Shown piece after piece: positions 9,457 to 19,898 of a stretch of DNA of 64,000 nucleotides. How positions within the stretch are numbered: position 1 is the stretch's first letter; the number at the start of each line of letters is the position of its first letter. The position numbers and the translations under genes were made by a program. Below the pieces are notes generated by a model. The model searched no databases. It was not told the origin of the DNA and was given only the letters and a program-made list of their open reading frames with translations. This DNA is from a virus: UHGV virus genome UHGV-1359874; one strand, 5' to 3'.

Positions 9457-10644
9457 ATGCAATTAACAACTAAACAAGAGTTAGGATTAAAGCTCGCGGT
9501 GTCTCGATATAAACATGGAGAAAAATTCACTGTTATCAGTGGATATGCTGGTTCTGGCAAGAGCACTCTAGTTAAGTTTATCATTGATGCTATTGGACTT
9601 CCACATGATGATATTTGTTACGCCGCATATACTGGTAAAGCAAGTGAAGTACTCCGAAAAAAGGGTAATCCAAATGCAATGACACTTCATAAATTATTGT
9701 ATGATAGTAGACCTTTACCTAATGGCGGTTTTATTAGAACAAAGAAAATTAAAATTGAATATAAACTTGTTGTGGTTGATGAATGTTCAATGGTTCCTCA
9801 AGAGATGGTTGAACAGCTCGCAGGCTACTATGGAGTCTATGTAATTTACCTTGGAGATCCTGGGCAAATTCCGCCTATCGACCCAAGTACCGCGAATCAT
9901 CTTCTGGCTAATCCACACGTTTTCTTGGATGAAATTATGCGGCAGGCGCAAGAAAGTGAAATTATTAGACTTTCTATGAAAATTCGTAATGGTGAAGATT
10001 TTAGTTTATTTGATGGTAAAGATGCAAAAGTAATCACTTATGATGATTTGAATACTGGTATGCTCACTTGGGCGGATATTATTCTTAGTGCGACCAATAG
10101 AACAAGACACGAGATTAATATGCAGATGCGGGAACTCACTGGACATCTTGAAGGTAAACCAGTCGATGGTGATAAAGTAATCTGTACCCGTAACTATTGG
10201 GAAGAGCTTGGCTCAGATGAAAATCCGCTTATTAATGGTAGTATTGGATATTTGAAGGATACTTATGCAAGTTATATTAAGTATCCTAGACGTGTTAAGC
10301 GGACTTGGTTGAATATCAATAAAAATCCTGTTGAAACACTTTGCGGCAGCTTCATCAGTGAAACTGGTGAGATCTATGAGAATAAGCAGCTCGATCTTGA
10401 AATGTTTTCAACTGGCAAACCGCAGCTAGATTCAAAGTCAGAATTTATTCTGCATAGGACTAAGTTTAGTACACCTCTTCAGTTTGAGTATGGCTACTGC
10501 GTGACTGGTCACAAGGCGCAGGGTAGTGAGTGGGATAAGGTACTGATACTGGAAGAAAGATTTCCATTTGACAAGGAAGAACATCAACGTTGGCTCTATA
10601 CAGCTTGTACTCGTGCTTCTTCTCGACTCGTTCTAGTTCGATAA
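9457..10644 (+). CDS. SF1 DNA helicase (Dda/RecD-like)
   Basis: Walker A GYAGSGKST, Walker B VVVDECSMV, and C-terminal motif GYCVTGHKAQGSEWDKVLIL. I moved the start from the TTG at 9439 to the ATG at 9457, which has the better spacing after the ggagag RBS. Confidence 0.7.
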   Translation: MQLTTKQELGLKLAVSRYKHGEKFTVISGYAGSGKSTLVKFIIDAIGLPHDDICYAAYTGKASEVLRKKGNPNAMTLHKLLYDSRPLPNGGFIRTKKIKIEYKLVVVDECSMVPQEMVEQLAGYYGVYVIYLGDPGQIPPIDPSTANHLLANPHVFLDEIMRQAQESEIIRLSMKIRNGEDFSLFDGKDAKVITYDDLNTGMLTWADIILSATNRTRHEINMQMRELTGHLEGKPVDGDKVICTRNYWEELGSDENPLINGSIGYLKDTYASYIKYPRRVKRTWLNINKNPVETLCGSFISETGEIYENKQLDLEMFSTGKPQLDSKSEFILHRTKFSTPLQFEYGYCVTGHKAQGSEWDKVLILEERFPFDKEEHQRWLYTACTRASSRLVLVR

Positions 10645-10718
10645 TAATTGGACATTTTTATTTAATGCTCTTGTTATTATTTTTAAATACTATAACAAGA
10701 GCAAAGGAGAAGATACGT

Positions 10719-11687
10719 ATGTCAGAAATAGATAACTATAAACAAATTCCAGTAGGAAGAGGAAAAGATTATTCTAATCAAAGAATAGGAGATTTTTTGA
10801 TCTTTTTCCGAACTGAACCACCAAAAGATAAAAACCCGAATAATGCTTATTGGCTTTGTCAATGTCAAAAATGTAAAAAATATGAAATCATTCAAGCTCC
10901 AAGAATAAGTAAAGGTATTATGAAATGTTCTTGTAGAAATGATTTAACTGGAAAAACTTTTGGAAGATGGACAGTACAATATTTATGTGAACAAAAAACA
11001 AAAAAGAGAGGGAATCTTTGGCATTGTAAATGTTTATGCGGAAATGAAAAAGACGTTCCTGCTGAAACCCTTGCACGAGGAGAGAGCCAGAGTTGTGGCT
11101 GTCTTCATAGAGAATCTGTTATAAAAATGTGCCATTCAAATAGAATTAATTTAACAGGGCAACGTTTTGGGAAACTAATTGCTTTATATCCGATTTATAG
11201 TAAAGAAAAAAATACTCATACTAAATGGCATTGCAAATGTGACTGTGGGAATGAGTGTGATATAGATATGGGCAATCTTCGTAGTGGAAAAAGTCAGTCT
11301 TGTGGATGCACTAATTCTAAGCAAGAAGAAAAAATAATTAAATTACTTATTGAAAACAATATTTCTTTTAATTATCAAGATAATAATTTTTTAGATAAAA
11401 GTAAAAAATTTGATTTTTATATAAAAGAAAATTTAAATGAATATATTATTGAATTTGATGGTCAACAACATTTCTTTTATACTGGAACTGGATGGGACAC
11501 AAAAGAACACTATGAAAGAACTCATAAAAACGATTTGATTAAAAATAAATATTGCTTTGATAATAGTATCCCATTAATTCGTATTCCATATGATGCAGAA
11601 TATACAATAGATGATTTAAGACTTGAAACAACAAGGTTTCTTTTAACACCTGAGAATGAAGAAGAATATTATTCCAAGAGGATGTAA
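10719..11687 (+). CDS. free-standing homing-endonuclease-like protein: Cys-rich tandem repeats + C-terminal Vsr/DUF559-like PD-(D/E)XK nuclease domain
   Basis: Three repeats of the type LTGxxFGxxxV...WHCKCxCGNE...SQSCGC. The C-terminus YIIEFDGQQHF...KNDLIKNKYCFDNSIPLIRIPY matches the Vsr-like E-x-D-x3-H ... D-x2-R/K ... hhRh pattern. It is a paralog of 21885-22886. I trimmed the start to the ATG with the aaaggagaag RBS. Confidence 0.55.
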   Translation: MSEIDNYKQIPVGRGKDYSNQRIGDFLIFFRTEPPKDKNPNNAYWLCQCQKCKKYEIIQAPRISKGIMKCSCRNDLTGKTFGRWTVQYLCEQKTKKRGNLWHCKCLCGNEKDVPAETLARGESQSCGCLHRESVIKMCHSNRINLTGQRFGKLIALYPIYSKEKNTHTKWHCKCDCGNECDIDMGNLRSGKSQSCGCTNSKQEEKIIKLLIENNISFNYQDNNFLDKSKKFDFYIKENLNEYIIEFDGQQHFFYTGTGWDTKEHYERTHKNDLIKNKYCFDNSIPLIRIPYDAEYTIDDLRLETTRFLLTPENEEEYYSKRM

Positions 11688-11689
11688 AT

Positions 11690-12187
11690 ATGAAACTAGC
11701 TCTAAGCTATTTCTACCAAATCCGCAACTTTAAGCCGTACATGATTCCAGTCTCTACGGCGTTCGGAGATCCAGCCTGGTTCCATGCAGGTCTAGGTAAA
11801 ACTTACAATTACTTAGATAAAAGAGGAGTAGTAAATGGACTCCGTTGTGAAGAATTACATGGAGATAATTCATGTAATAGTGAAGTTGAAGTTACTTGTC
11901 CATGTGAATATCATAAAGTTGGGTATCCAGGCGGGTGCCCAGCTATGGCAGAGTATCGCCAACACCTTGAAGAATTAGACCTAGATTCTTTTATAAATCG
12001 AGCTAATACTGCCGCAAATGATATTAAAACCCACCTAAGATTTAAAGAAGAACCAATAATTGTATTGATGGTTCATGAAGCACCAGATAATCCATGTAGT
12101 GAACGTCAATCATTATTAGATTATTTTAATTCTCATAACATACCTCTTGAAGAATTAAAATATCCAATAAGTGAAAATTATATCTAA
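11690..12187 (+). CDS. hypothetical Cys-rich protein
   Basis: CPCEYHKVGYPGGCP cluster. 165 aa. Confidence 0.4.
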   Translation: MKLALSYFYQIRNFKPYMIPVSTAFGDPAWFHAGLGKTYNYLDKRGVVNGLRCEELHGDNSCNSEVEVTCPCEYHKVGYPGGCPAMAEYRQHLEELDLDSFINRANTAANDIKTHLRFKEEPIIVLMVHEAPDNPCSERQSLLDYFNSHNIPLEELKYPISENYI

Positions 12188-12203
12188 ATATAGTATTTTC
12201 TAT

Positions 12204-12231
12204 TGATTTGTAGCAATATATATGGTATAAT
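12204..12231 (+). promoter_or_regulatory. promoter TTGATT-16-TGgTATAAT
   Basis: Lies upstream of the polymerase gene. Confidence 0.45.
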
Positions 12232-12264
12232 ATAATAAGAAAAGATAAAGGGAGGTTTAGGTAA

Positions 12265-15200
12265 ATGCAGCAGTATAAGCGAAGTGATATTCATAATCAC
12301 TCTCGTTATTCAAATCTAAGATTGCGTGATGCGCTACCGAAGCCTAAAGATTTGATTGATAGAGCTATTGAATTAGGTCTCTCTGGCATTGCTCTGACCG
12401 ATCATGAAGCATTGAGTGGTCATGTCAAAGCAAATCAATACGCTCAAGAGATTAGAGAAAAATATCCAGATTTCAAAGTTATGCTTGGTAATGAAATTTA
12501 TTTGGTTGATAAACGTCCTAGTGATACTCATTACCATTTTATCCTTGTTGCAAAAGATATTGTTGGTCATAGACAGTTGAGAATTCTTTCAACTCTTGCT
12601 TGGCTGAATGGATATTCTGCAAAAGGTCTATATAGAGTTGACACTTTAAAATCTGAGCTTGAAGAAGTAATTCGCAGCAACCCAGGTCATATTATTGCAT
12701 CAACTGCGTGTATTGGTAGCGAATTGGGTCAGTGTATTCTTGCTTTGACTGAAGCTGAAAAAGCACAAAATGAACAGGATAAAGAATATTGGCATAACCG
12801 CATTGTTAGTTATATTCTTTGGCTAAAAGATTTATTCGGTGAAGATTTTTATATTGAAGCTCAACCAGGTGTATCAAAAGAGCAGTTGATTGTTAATCGC
12901 CGTATGGTTTCTATTGCACATTGCTTCAATGTAAAAATGATTCCTACTTCTGATACACATTATTTGAAAAAGGAAGATAGATTAGTTCATAAAGCGTATC
13001 TCAATAGTGAAAATAAAGAACGCGAAGTTGATGCTTTTTATCAGGATACTTTTCTTCATTCAAATGAAGAAATGATTGAGAAATTTGCTTTATCTGGTTA
13101 TGATGAATTATTTGTACAAGAAATGTTTAAAAATTCAATGGAGATTTACAATAAAGTTGAATTTTATTCACTTGCACATTCTCAGCAGGTTCCAACAGTT
13201 GAAGTACCTTTTGTCGATAAAAAGTTGCCCCCTGCTTTTTTGAAAGATTATGAAAAACTTCAAGAGATGTATCAGTCTGACGATAAAGTTAATCGCTATT
13301 GGATTAATACTTGTATTGATAAGCTTCAAGAGCTAAATAAGCTTAATGCAGATTATCTTAATGAGCTAGAAGAAGAAGCAGAAGTTAAATATATTGTTGG
13401 TGAGCGGTTGCACACTAATATGTTTAGTTATCCTATTACTCTTGCGCATTATATCAATAAAATTTGGGAATGCGGTTCCACCGTTGGTGCGGGCCGTGGT
13501 TCAGCTTGTGCAGCATTAAATCATTACCTTCTTGGCATCACTCAGCTAGACCCTATTGTGTGGGGTTTTCCTTTTTTCCGTTATATGAACCAGGACACGA
13601 CTGAACTGGGCGACATAGATATAGATGTGGCTCCGTCCAAAGTCCAGACAATAGTGAGCCAAATCCGCAAAGAGCGCGGTGAGAACTTTGATAAATCTAT
13701 TACTAACCAGCTTATCCGCGATTCTTTAGGCGCAGTTTATGTTTGTACTTTTGGCACAGAATCAACCAAGTCCGCAATTCAAACCGCTTGTCGCGGTTAT
13801 CGTAGTGAAGAATATCCAGATGGAATTGATGTTGATACTTCTCAGTATCTATCTTCTCTTATCCCATCTGAGCGTGGATTCGTATGGAGTATAAATGACG
13901 TTATTTATGGTAATAAAACAAAAGGAAGAAAACCAGTTCAGACTTTTATTAATGAAGTAAATCGTTATCCTGGTTTACTTGAAATTATTAAAGGTATTGA
14001 TGGTTGTATTTCGCGGCGAGGTCGGCACGCATCTGGCGTAATTTTCGCAAATTCTGATCCATTTGAGTTTACCGCCTACATGAAAACACCTTCTGGCGAG
14101 ATCATTACCCAGTACGACCTTCATGATCTGGAATATTGTGGCGGAGTGAAATTTGACATTCTAGTGACATCTGTTCAAGATAAACTTATCCAAACGATTG
14201 AATTGATGCAAGATAATGGTGTTATTGAACCAGAGCTGAGTCTGCGTGAAGCATATAATAAGTATCTTCATCCAGATGTACTCCCAATTAATTCTGATAA
14301 GTGTACTTGGAATACTATTCAGAACGCCGCAAGTTTGGATCTATTTCAGTTTGATTCTGATATTGGTAGACAAGGTGCAAAACGAGTAAAACCGCAAAAT
14401 ATGCAAGAGCTAAGTGCAACCAATGGTTTGATTCGTCTGATGACTACTGAACAAGGCGCAGAAACTTGGCTAGATAAATTCTGTCGATATAAGGCAGATC
14501 ATAAAGAATTTGAGCGAGACACTGCAAAATATCATTTAACTGAACAGGATAAAATTGCTCTTGGTGAATATCTTAATAGTACTTATGGTATTGGTATTTC
14601 TCAGGAACAAATGATGCGGGTTCTTATGGATACTAGAATTTGCGGTTTCAGCTTGAAAGAAGCAAACGCTGCAAGACGTGTTATTTCAAAGAAAAAAATG
14701 GATAAAATTCCCGCTTTGAAAGAACAAATTTTCGCAACCGCAAAGCATGAGGGCCTAGCTCAATACATTTGGGATTTCGTTGTTGGTCCAGGTACTGGTT
14801 ATGCTTTTTCAGACATTCACTCAACCTCTTACAGTTTCATTGGGTTTCAGACTGCATATCTTGCAACTCATTGGAATCCTATTTTTTGGAATACAGCTTG
14901 TCTGATTGTAAATAGTGGTTCACTTGAATCTAATTTAGCAGCAAATGAAAAAGAAAATGGAACAGATTATATTAAACTTGCTAAAGCTATTGGAGCAATT
15001 CGTTCTAGTGGTATTGCAGTTTCTCTTGTTGATATTAATCATTCTGATTATGGCTTTAAGCCAGATGTAAAGAATAATATCATTCGTTTTGGTCTTAAAG
15101 GATTGAACAGTGTAAATATGGATGTAATTGATGAAATTATTCATCATCGTCCATATACGGGAATTGTTGATTTTATGAATCGCTGTCCAATGAAAAAAAC

Positions 15201-16197
15201 TGTTATGATTTCTCTTATTAAGTCTGGCGCATTTGATGAACTTGATGAGCATTGGGCAAAAGTAGTTAATCCTGAACCTCGTTACGCAATTATGGGTTAT
15301 TACATTTCAAAAATTTCTGAGCCTAAAAAAAGACTTACAATGCAGAATTTCAATGGATTAATTCAGAAGAATCTGTTGCCGCAAGATTTAAACTTTGAAA
15401 TTAGAGTATTTAACTTTAATAAATATCTTAAAGCATATTGTAAAAAAGGTTCTTATTTTATCTTTGATGACTCTTGCATGAAGTTTTATTCTGAATTTTT
15501 TGATATGGATAAGATAAATGTGATTAATGGTATTAATTGTATTAATCAAAATACTTGGAAAAAGATTTATGACTCAGCGATGGCTAAAGCAAAAGAATGG
15601 TTGAAGGAGCATCAAGAGGAAACATTAGCAGCTATGAATGAGGCATTATTTGTGGAATGCTGGAATAAATATGCTACTGGTAATATTTCTTCTTGGGAAA
15701 TGGATAGTTTATGTTTCTATTATCATCCACATGAATTAATTAATGTAGATAAAAATAAATATGGAATTGTTGATTTTGATAATCTGTCGCCGCAATCTGA
15801 TGTTGATTATTATTTCAAACGTAACGGTAGAGAAATTCCTGTTTATAAGATTTATCGCATTATTGGTACAGTAATTGGTAAGAATGATACTCGTTCTTCT
15901 ATTTCACTTTTAACAACAAGCGGCGTTGTTAATGTAAAGTTTACTAAAGAATATTATGCAATGGCAAATCGCCAAATTTCTCAGGTAAATCCTGATGGAA
16001 CGAAGTCTATTATTGAAAAGAGCTGGTTCAGACGCGGTTCTCGCATTCTTGTAGCTGGTTATCGGCGGGATGATACATTTACCGCAAAAACATATAGCAA
16101 AACTATTGGGCATCAGTTATATTTGATTACTAATGTTAAAGGAAAGGATATTGAATTAAAGTATGGCAGAGCAGGTCAAGAAGAAGATGAAGGGTGA
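12265..16197 (+). CDS. DNA polymerase III alpha subunit (PHP domain + polymerase core)
   Basis: N-terminal PHP motif DIHNHSRYSNL...GIALTDHEAL. 1310 aa. aaagggagg RBS. Confidence 0.75.
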   Translation: MQQYKRSDIHNHSRYSNLRLRDALPKPKDLIDRAIELGLSGIALTDHEALSGHVKANQYAQEIREKYPDFKVMLGNEIYLVDKRPSDTHYHFILVAKDIVGHRQLRILSTLAWLNGYSAKGLYRVDTLKSELEEVIRSNPGHIIASTACIGSELGQCILALTEAEKAQNEQDKEYWHNRIVSYILWLKDLFGEDFYIEAQPGVSKEQLIVNRRMVSIAHCFNVKMIPTSDTHYLKKEDRLVHKAYLNSENKEREVDAFYQDTFLHSNEEMIEKFALSGYDELFVQEMFKNSMEIYNKVEFYSLAHSQQVPTVEVPFVDKKLPPAFLKDYEKLQEMYQSDDKVNRYWINTCIDKLQELNKLNADYLNELEEEAEVKYIVGERLHTNMFSYPITLAHYINKIWECGSTVGAGRGSACAALNHYLLGITQLDPIVWGFPFFRYMNQDTTELGDIDIDVAPSKVQTIVSQIRKERGENFDKSITNQLIRDSLGAVYVCTFGTESTKSAIQTACRGYRSEEYPDGIDVDTSQYLSSLIPSERGFVWSINDVIYGNKTKGRKPVQTFINEVNRYPGLLEIIKGIDGCISRRGRHASGVIFANSDPFEFTAYMKTPSGEIITQYDLHDLEYCGGVKFDILVTSVQDKLIQTIELMQDNGVIEPELSLREAYNKYLHPDVLPINSDKCTWNTIQNAASLDLFQFDSDIGRQGAKRVKPQNMQELSATNGLIRLMTTEQGAETWLDKFCRYKADHKEFERDTAKYHLTEQDKIALGEYLNSTYGIGISQEQMMRVLMDTRICGFSLKEANAARRVISKKKMDKIPALKEQIFATAKHEGLAQYIWDFVVGPGTGYAFSDIHSTSYSFIGFQTAYLATHWNPIFWNTACLIVNSGSLESNLAANEKENGTDYIKLAKAIGAIRSSGIAVSLVDINHSDYGFKPDVKNNIIRFGLKGLNSVNMDVIDEIIHHRPYTGIVDFMNRCPMKKTVMISLIKSGAFDELDEHWAKVVNPEPRYAIMGYYISKISEPKKRLTMQNFNGLIQKNLLPQDLNFEIRVFNFNKYLKAYCKKGSYFIFDDSCMKFYSEFFDMDKINVINGINCINQNTWKKIYDSAMAKAKEWLKEHQEETLAAMNEALFVECWNKYATGNISSWEMDSLCFYYHPHELINVDKNKYGIVDFDNLSPQSDVDYYFKRNGREIPVYKIYRIIGTVIGKNDTRSSISLLTTSGVVNVKFTKEYYAMANRQISQVNPDGTKSIIEKSWFRRGSRILVAGYRRDDTFTAKTYSKTIGHQLYLITNVKGKDIELKYGRAGQEEDEG

Positions 16198-16528
16198 TCC
16201 TGTAAATCACCCTGCTCATTATGAACGCGAAGGTGCAATGGAGTGCATTGATGAGATGCTTTTGATATTTGGTAAAGAAGCAGTTATGAATTTTTGCTTA
16301 TGTAATGCTTGGAAGTATCGGTATCGAGCTTCAGCTAAGAATGGAGACGAGGATTATTCCAAGAGTGACTGGTACTTACGAAAATATCGTGAGTTAAAAG
16401 AAGGAGTAAATAAGTCAGAAGCTCCTTCTCAAGAGGATCATGGTAAACTTAATGGTTTTTATGGTTATCCATCTTTTCCTAATGCAGGTTTGTCAACCAC
16501 AAGTTTATCAAATTATAATCCTAATTGA
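16163..16528 (+). CDS. DUF3310-family phage protein
   Basis: VNHPAHYEREGAMECIDEM...NAWKYRYRASAKNG...WYLRKY fits the DUF3310 signature. It overlaps the polymerase 3' end by 35 nt. Confidence 0.55.
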   Translation: MAEQVKKKMKGDPVNHPAHYEREGAMECIDEMLLIFGKEAVMNFCLCNAWKYRYRASAKNGDEDYSKSDWYLRKYRELKEGVNKSEAPSQEDHGKLNGFYGYPSFPNAGLSTTSLSNYNPN

Positions 16529-16620
16529 ATAACAGAAAGTCATAATTGATTAATCTTATTAAAATAAAAATCATATATATTTAGTTCCTTAAACTAATTT
16601 ATATATTTTAGGAGGTAAAT

Positions 16621-18429
16621 ATGCAGAATATTATTAAGAGAGATGGCACAACTCAGCCATTTAATAAATTTAAAATTGTAGATGCGGTATTAGCCGCATT
16701 CAAGGCTGTAGATGGAGACATTTCAGAATATGCTGAAGTTAAGGCGGGTAATATCGCTGATTTCATTGAAGAAAAGGCCGAAAAGAAACAGCTTACTATT
16801 GAAGAAATTCAGGATTATGTCGAACGTGGTCTTTCCAGCACTAAACGGAAGGATGTAGCTAAAGCATTCATTCTTTATAGAGAAAAGCGTAATCAAGCAA
16901 GAGGAAATGTAATTGATGATGCAGTTATGGAATTGCTTGATGGTACGAATGAATATTGGAAAACTGAAAATTCTAATAAAGATGCGGATGTTGTAACTGT
17001 CCAACGTGATTATCTAGCTGGTATTATTAGTACAGATATTAGCCGTCGCAAGATTCTTACATCCGACATTTGTGAAGCACATGATGCTGGTATTATTCAT
17101 GAACATGACATGGACTATCTCGCACAAAATGCTCTTTCAAACTGTTGTCTTATTAATGCAGAAGATATGTTGCAGAATGGCACTGTTATTAATGGTATCC
17201 GCATTGACCCTCAACATCGTTTATCTACAGCTACTACTGTATTGACCCAGATTATCACTGCAGTAGCCAGCTCACAGTACGGTGGTTGTACCATTTCTCT
17301 GACTCATCTAGCTCCCTATGTGCGAATGAGTTATAAAGATTATATTAGAAAATATATTGATTGGGGATTCGATACTGAGAAGGCAAAAGAATTCGCTAAG
17401 AAGGATTTAGCCAAGGAAATTCGTGATTCGGTTCAAACTTTTAATTATCAGATTAATTCTATGAGCACAACTAACGGTCAGGCCCCTTTCCTCTCCGTTT
17501 GTATGTATCTAGGTGAAACGGATGAATATAAACCAGAACTAGCTATGCTTATCGAAGAATTCCTTCGTCAACGTATTCTTGGTATGAAGAATGAAAAGGG
17601 AGTATATATTACACCCGCTTTTCCGAAATTACTTTATGTACTTGAAGAAGACAATATTCATGCGGATAGCAAGTATTTTTACTTAACAGAACTTGCCGCA
17701 GAATGTACAGCAAAACGTCTTGTTCCTGATTATATTTCAGAAAAAGTTATGAAGCAAAACAAGATTAATCCTACTACTGGCAAAGGTGAAGCTTATCCAT
17801 GTATGGGATGTAGATCTTTCTTAACTCCAGACCGCACCACTAAGAATTATGCCCGCGCATTAAATTATAAAGAGGGTCAGGGGAAATATTATGGTCGCTT
17901 TAATATGGGTGTTACTACAATTAATCTTCCTGATATTGCATTTTCTTCAAAAGGTGATTTTGAACTGTTTTGGAAACTTTTTGATGAGCGTACTGAACTT
18001 TGTCATAAAGGTTTAAAAGTTCGTATCAAGAGACTTGAAAATGTAACTTCTGATGTCGCACCTATTCTTTGGCAGGATGGAGCATTTGCTAGACTTAATA
18101 AACATGAATCTATTAAAGAACTGCTTCATCATGGATATGCAACTGCTTCTCTTGGTTATGCTGGACTTTATGAATGCGTAAAGTATATGACTGGTCATTC
18201 TCATTCAGATGGCGGCGTAGGCGAACTCTTTGGCTTAGAGGTAATGCAAGCACTTAATGATAAATGTAATGAATGGAAACGGCAAGAAGATATTGATTAT
18301 TCTCTTTACGGCTCTCCTATCGAGTCAACTACTTACAAATTTGCTAAATGTTTAAAGAAGCGATTTGGTGATGATATTTTTATTAAACTTGACGGTTTTG
18401 ATAGAAATTATATAACTAATAGCTACCAT
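16621..18429 (+). CDS. nrdD: anaerobic ribonucleoside-triphosphate reductase NrdD, exon 1
   Basis: The class III RNR body ends ...YITNSYH and is followed directly by TAA. It lacks the C-terminal Zn-ribbon and the glycyl-radical motif. Those are found at 19512-19898. Confidence 0.75.
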
Positions 18430-19511
18430 TAATTGGATAGTGGCTTAATATAGTGATATATTAAGAAAACCTTGTGAACTCTTTTAGAGGTGTCAGATTA
18501 AAAATCTGGCTAACGGTTCAGAAGTAAGAAATTACAATATGAGTAAGGGAACCTAAGTCTTTAATAAAATAAAGATATGGTAATACCGTGCTAAGTTTGT
18601 TTTGTTCAATAATAAAAAAATAAAGAAAGGAGGAAAAAAATGGGTAGACCGCCTAAATATATCATTAATATTGGAAATATTTATGATGATTATAAATGTA
18701 TAGACATCATTCAAGAAACAACTGGTCAAAAAAGAAAAAAATATATTATGAAATGTCAAAAATGCGAAAAAGTAAAATCTATGTTAGGTTCAACAGTTGG
18801 ATTGCATAAAGGAACAAAACATAAAAGCTGTGGAAAAGGATTAGGAATTACTTATGATGAATATTTTTATAAACGTTGGAAATCAATGAGAGCTAGAACT
18901 TCTCCAAATTTTTGGAATAGAGAAAATTATTATGATAGAGGTATTAACAGTGATGCTTTTGAAAGTTTCATAGATTTCTATAACGCAATGTATGAATCAT
19001 GGAAAGCTCATGTAGCCATCTATGGAGAGCATGATACTTCTTTAGAACGTATAGATGTTGACAAGCCTTATACACCAGAAAATTGTTGTTGGATATGTCT
19101 TGATGAACAAAGAGGAAATTTACAAAAGACAAATTATTTTACAGTTGAAAATATTGAAACTGGAGAAATAGAGTATTGTAAAAATGCTTTACAATATACT
19201 TATGACCATCCAGAAATTCCTCATAGATACATATATGATTTATTGAAGTATAACAGAACTTATAAAGGTAAAAAATTTACTAAAATAACTAAGCAAGATT
19301 TTGAAAAATATAAAAAATCTCTAATTATTGAACAAACTTAAAAGTGTAACGACTATCGAAAGCCCATTATAGAAGAAAAATCTATAACTGGAAGTGAGTA
19401 GAGTAGTTCATTATTGAACGAAGTGCAAGGATTCTATAATTCGGTAACAGAATAATAGAATATGAGATAGTCTATTCCCTCTTAAATATCAAGAAATTGA
19501 GGGTATAAAAG
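18430..19511 (+). mobile_element. group I intron (family A) in nrdD, with endonuclease-like ORF
   Basis: It starts with TAA after an exon-terminal U. The 3' end gagatagtctattccctcttaaatatcaagaaattgagggtataaaag is homologous to the ATPase intron-1 3' end. It shares aacgactatc. It ends in G before attcctgtt. Confidence 0.6.
18640..19341 (+). CDS. intron-encoded putative homing endonuclease (Cys-rich N-terminus + HNH_3-like C-terminal motif)
   Basis: N-terminal YKCIDII...KCQKCEK resembles the Cys-rich module of the Vsr-like HE paralogs. The C-terminus has LERIDVDKPYTPENCCWICLDEQRGN, resembling the degenerate HNH_3 (hIDhDxxYxPxNCRW) motif. Strong RBS aaaggagg. Confidence 0.45.
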   Translation: MGRPPKYIINIGNIYDDYKCIDIIQETTGQKRKKYIMKCQKCEKVKSMLGSTVGLHKGTKHKSCGKGLGITYDEYFYKRWKSMRARTSPNFWNRENYYDRGINSDAFESFIDFYNAMYESWKAHVAIYGEHDTSLERIDVDKPYTPENCCWICLDEQRGNLQKTNYFTVENIETGEIEYCKNALQYTYDHPEIPHRYIYDLLKYNRTYKGKKFTKITKQDFEKYKKSLIIEQT

Positions 19512-19898
19512 ATTCCTGTTTTTGAGAAAATTGATGCGTTCTCTAAGTTGGCTATTGAAGCTAAATTCCAGACCCTTTCTCCAGGGGGCGCAATTAGTTA
19601 CATTGAGACGCCAAATATGCAGGGAAATATTCCAGCAGTATTATCTGTAATTCAGTTCATTTACGACAATATTATGTATGCTGAATTAAATACCAAGAGT
19701 GATTATTGCCAAGAGTGCGGTTATGATGGAGAAATCCTCATTGATGAGAATATGGAATGGTATTGTCCTAATTGTGGCAATCGTGACCATTCAACTCTTA
19801 ATGTTGCACGACGCACCTGCGGCTACATAGGGTCTAACTTCTGGAATTATGGCCGCACCCAAGAGATAAAAGATAGAGTGGTACATCTTGATGACTAA
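19512..19898 (+). CDS. nrdD: NrdD exon 2 (Zn-ribbon + glycyl radical domain)
   Basis: The open frame has no start codon. It encodes IPVFEK...CQECGYDGEI...CPNCGN (a Cx2C...Cx2C ribbon) and RRTCGYIG (the glycyl radical motif). Joined product ...TNSYH|IPVFEK... Confidence 0.65.
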   Translation: MPVFEKIDAFSKLAIEAKFQTLSPGGAISYIETPNMQGNIPAVLSVIQFIYDNIMYAELNTKSDYCQECGYDGEILIDENMEWYCPNCGNRDHSTLNVARRTCGYIGSNFWNYGRTQEIKDRVVHLDD

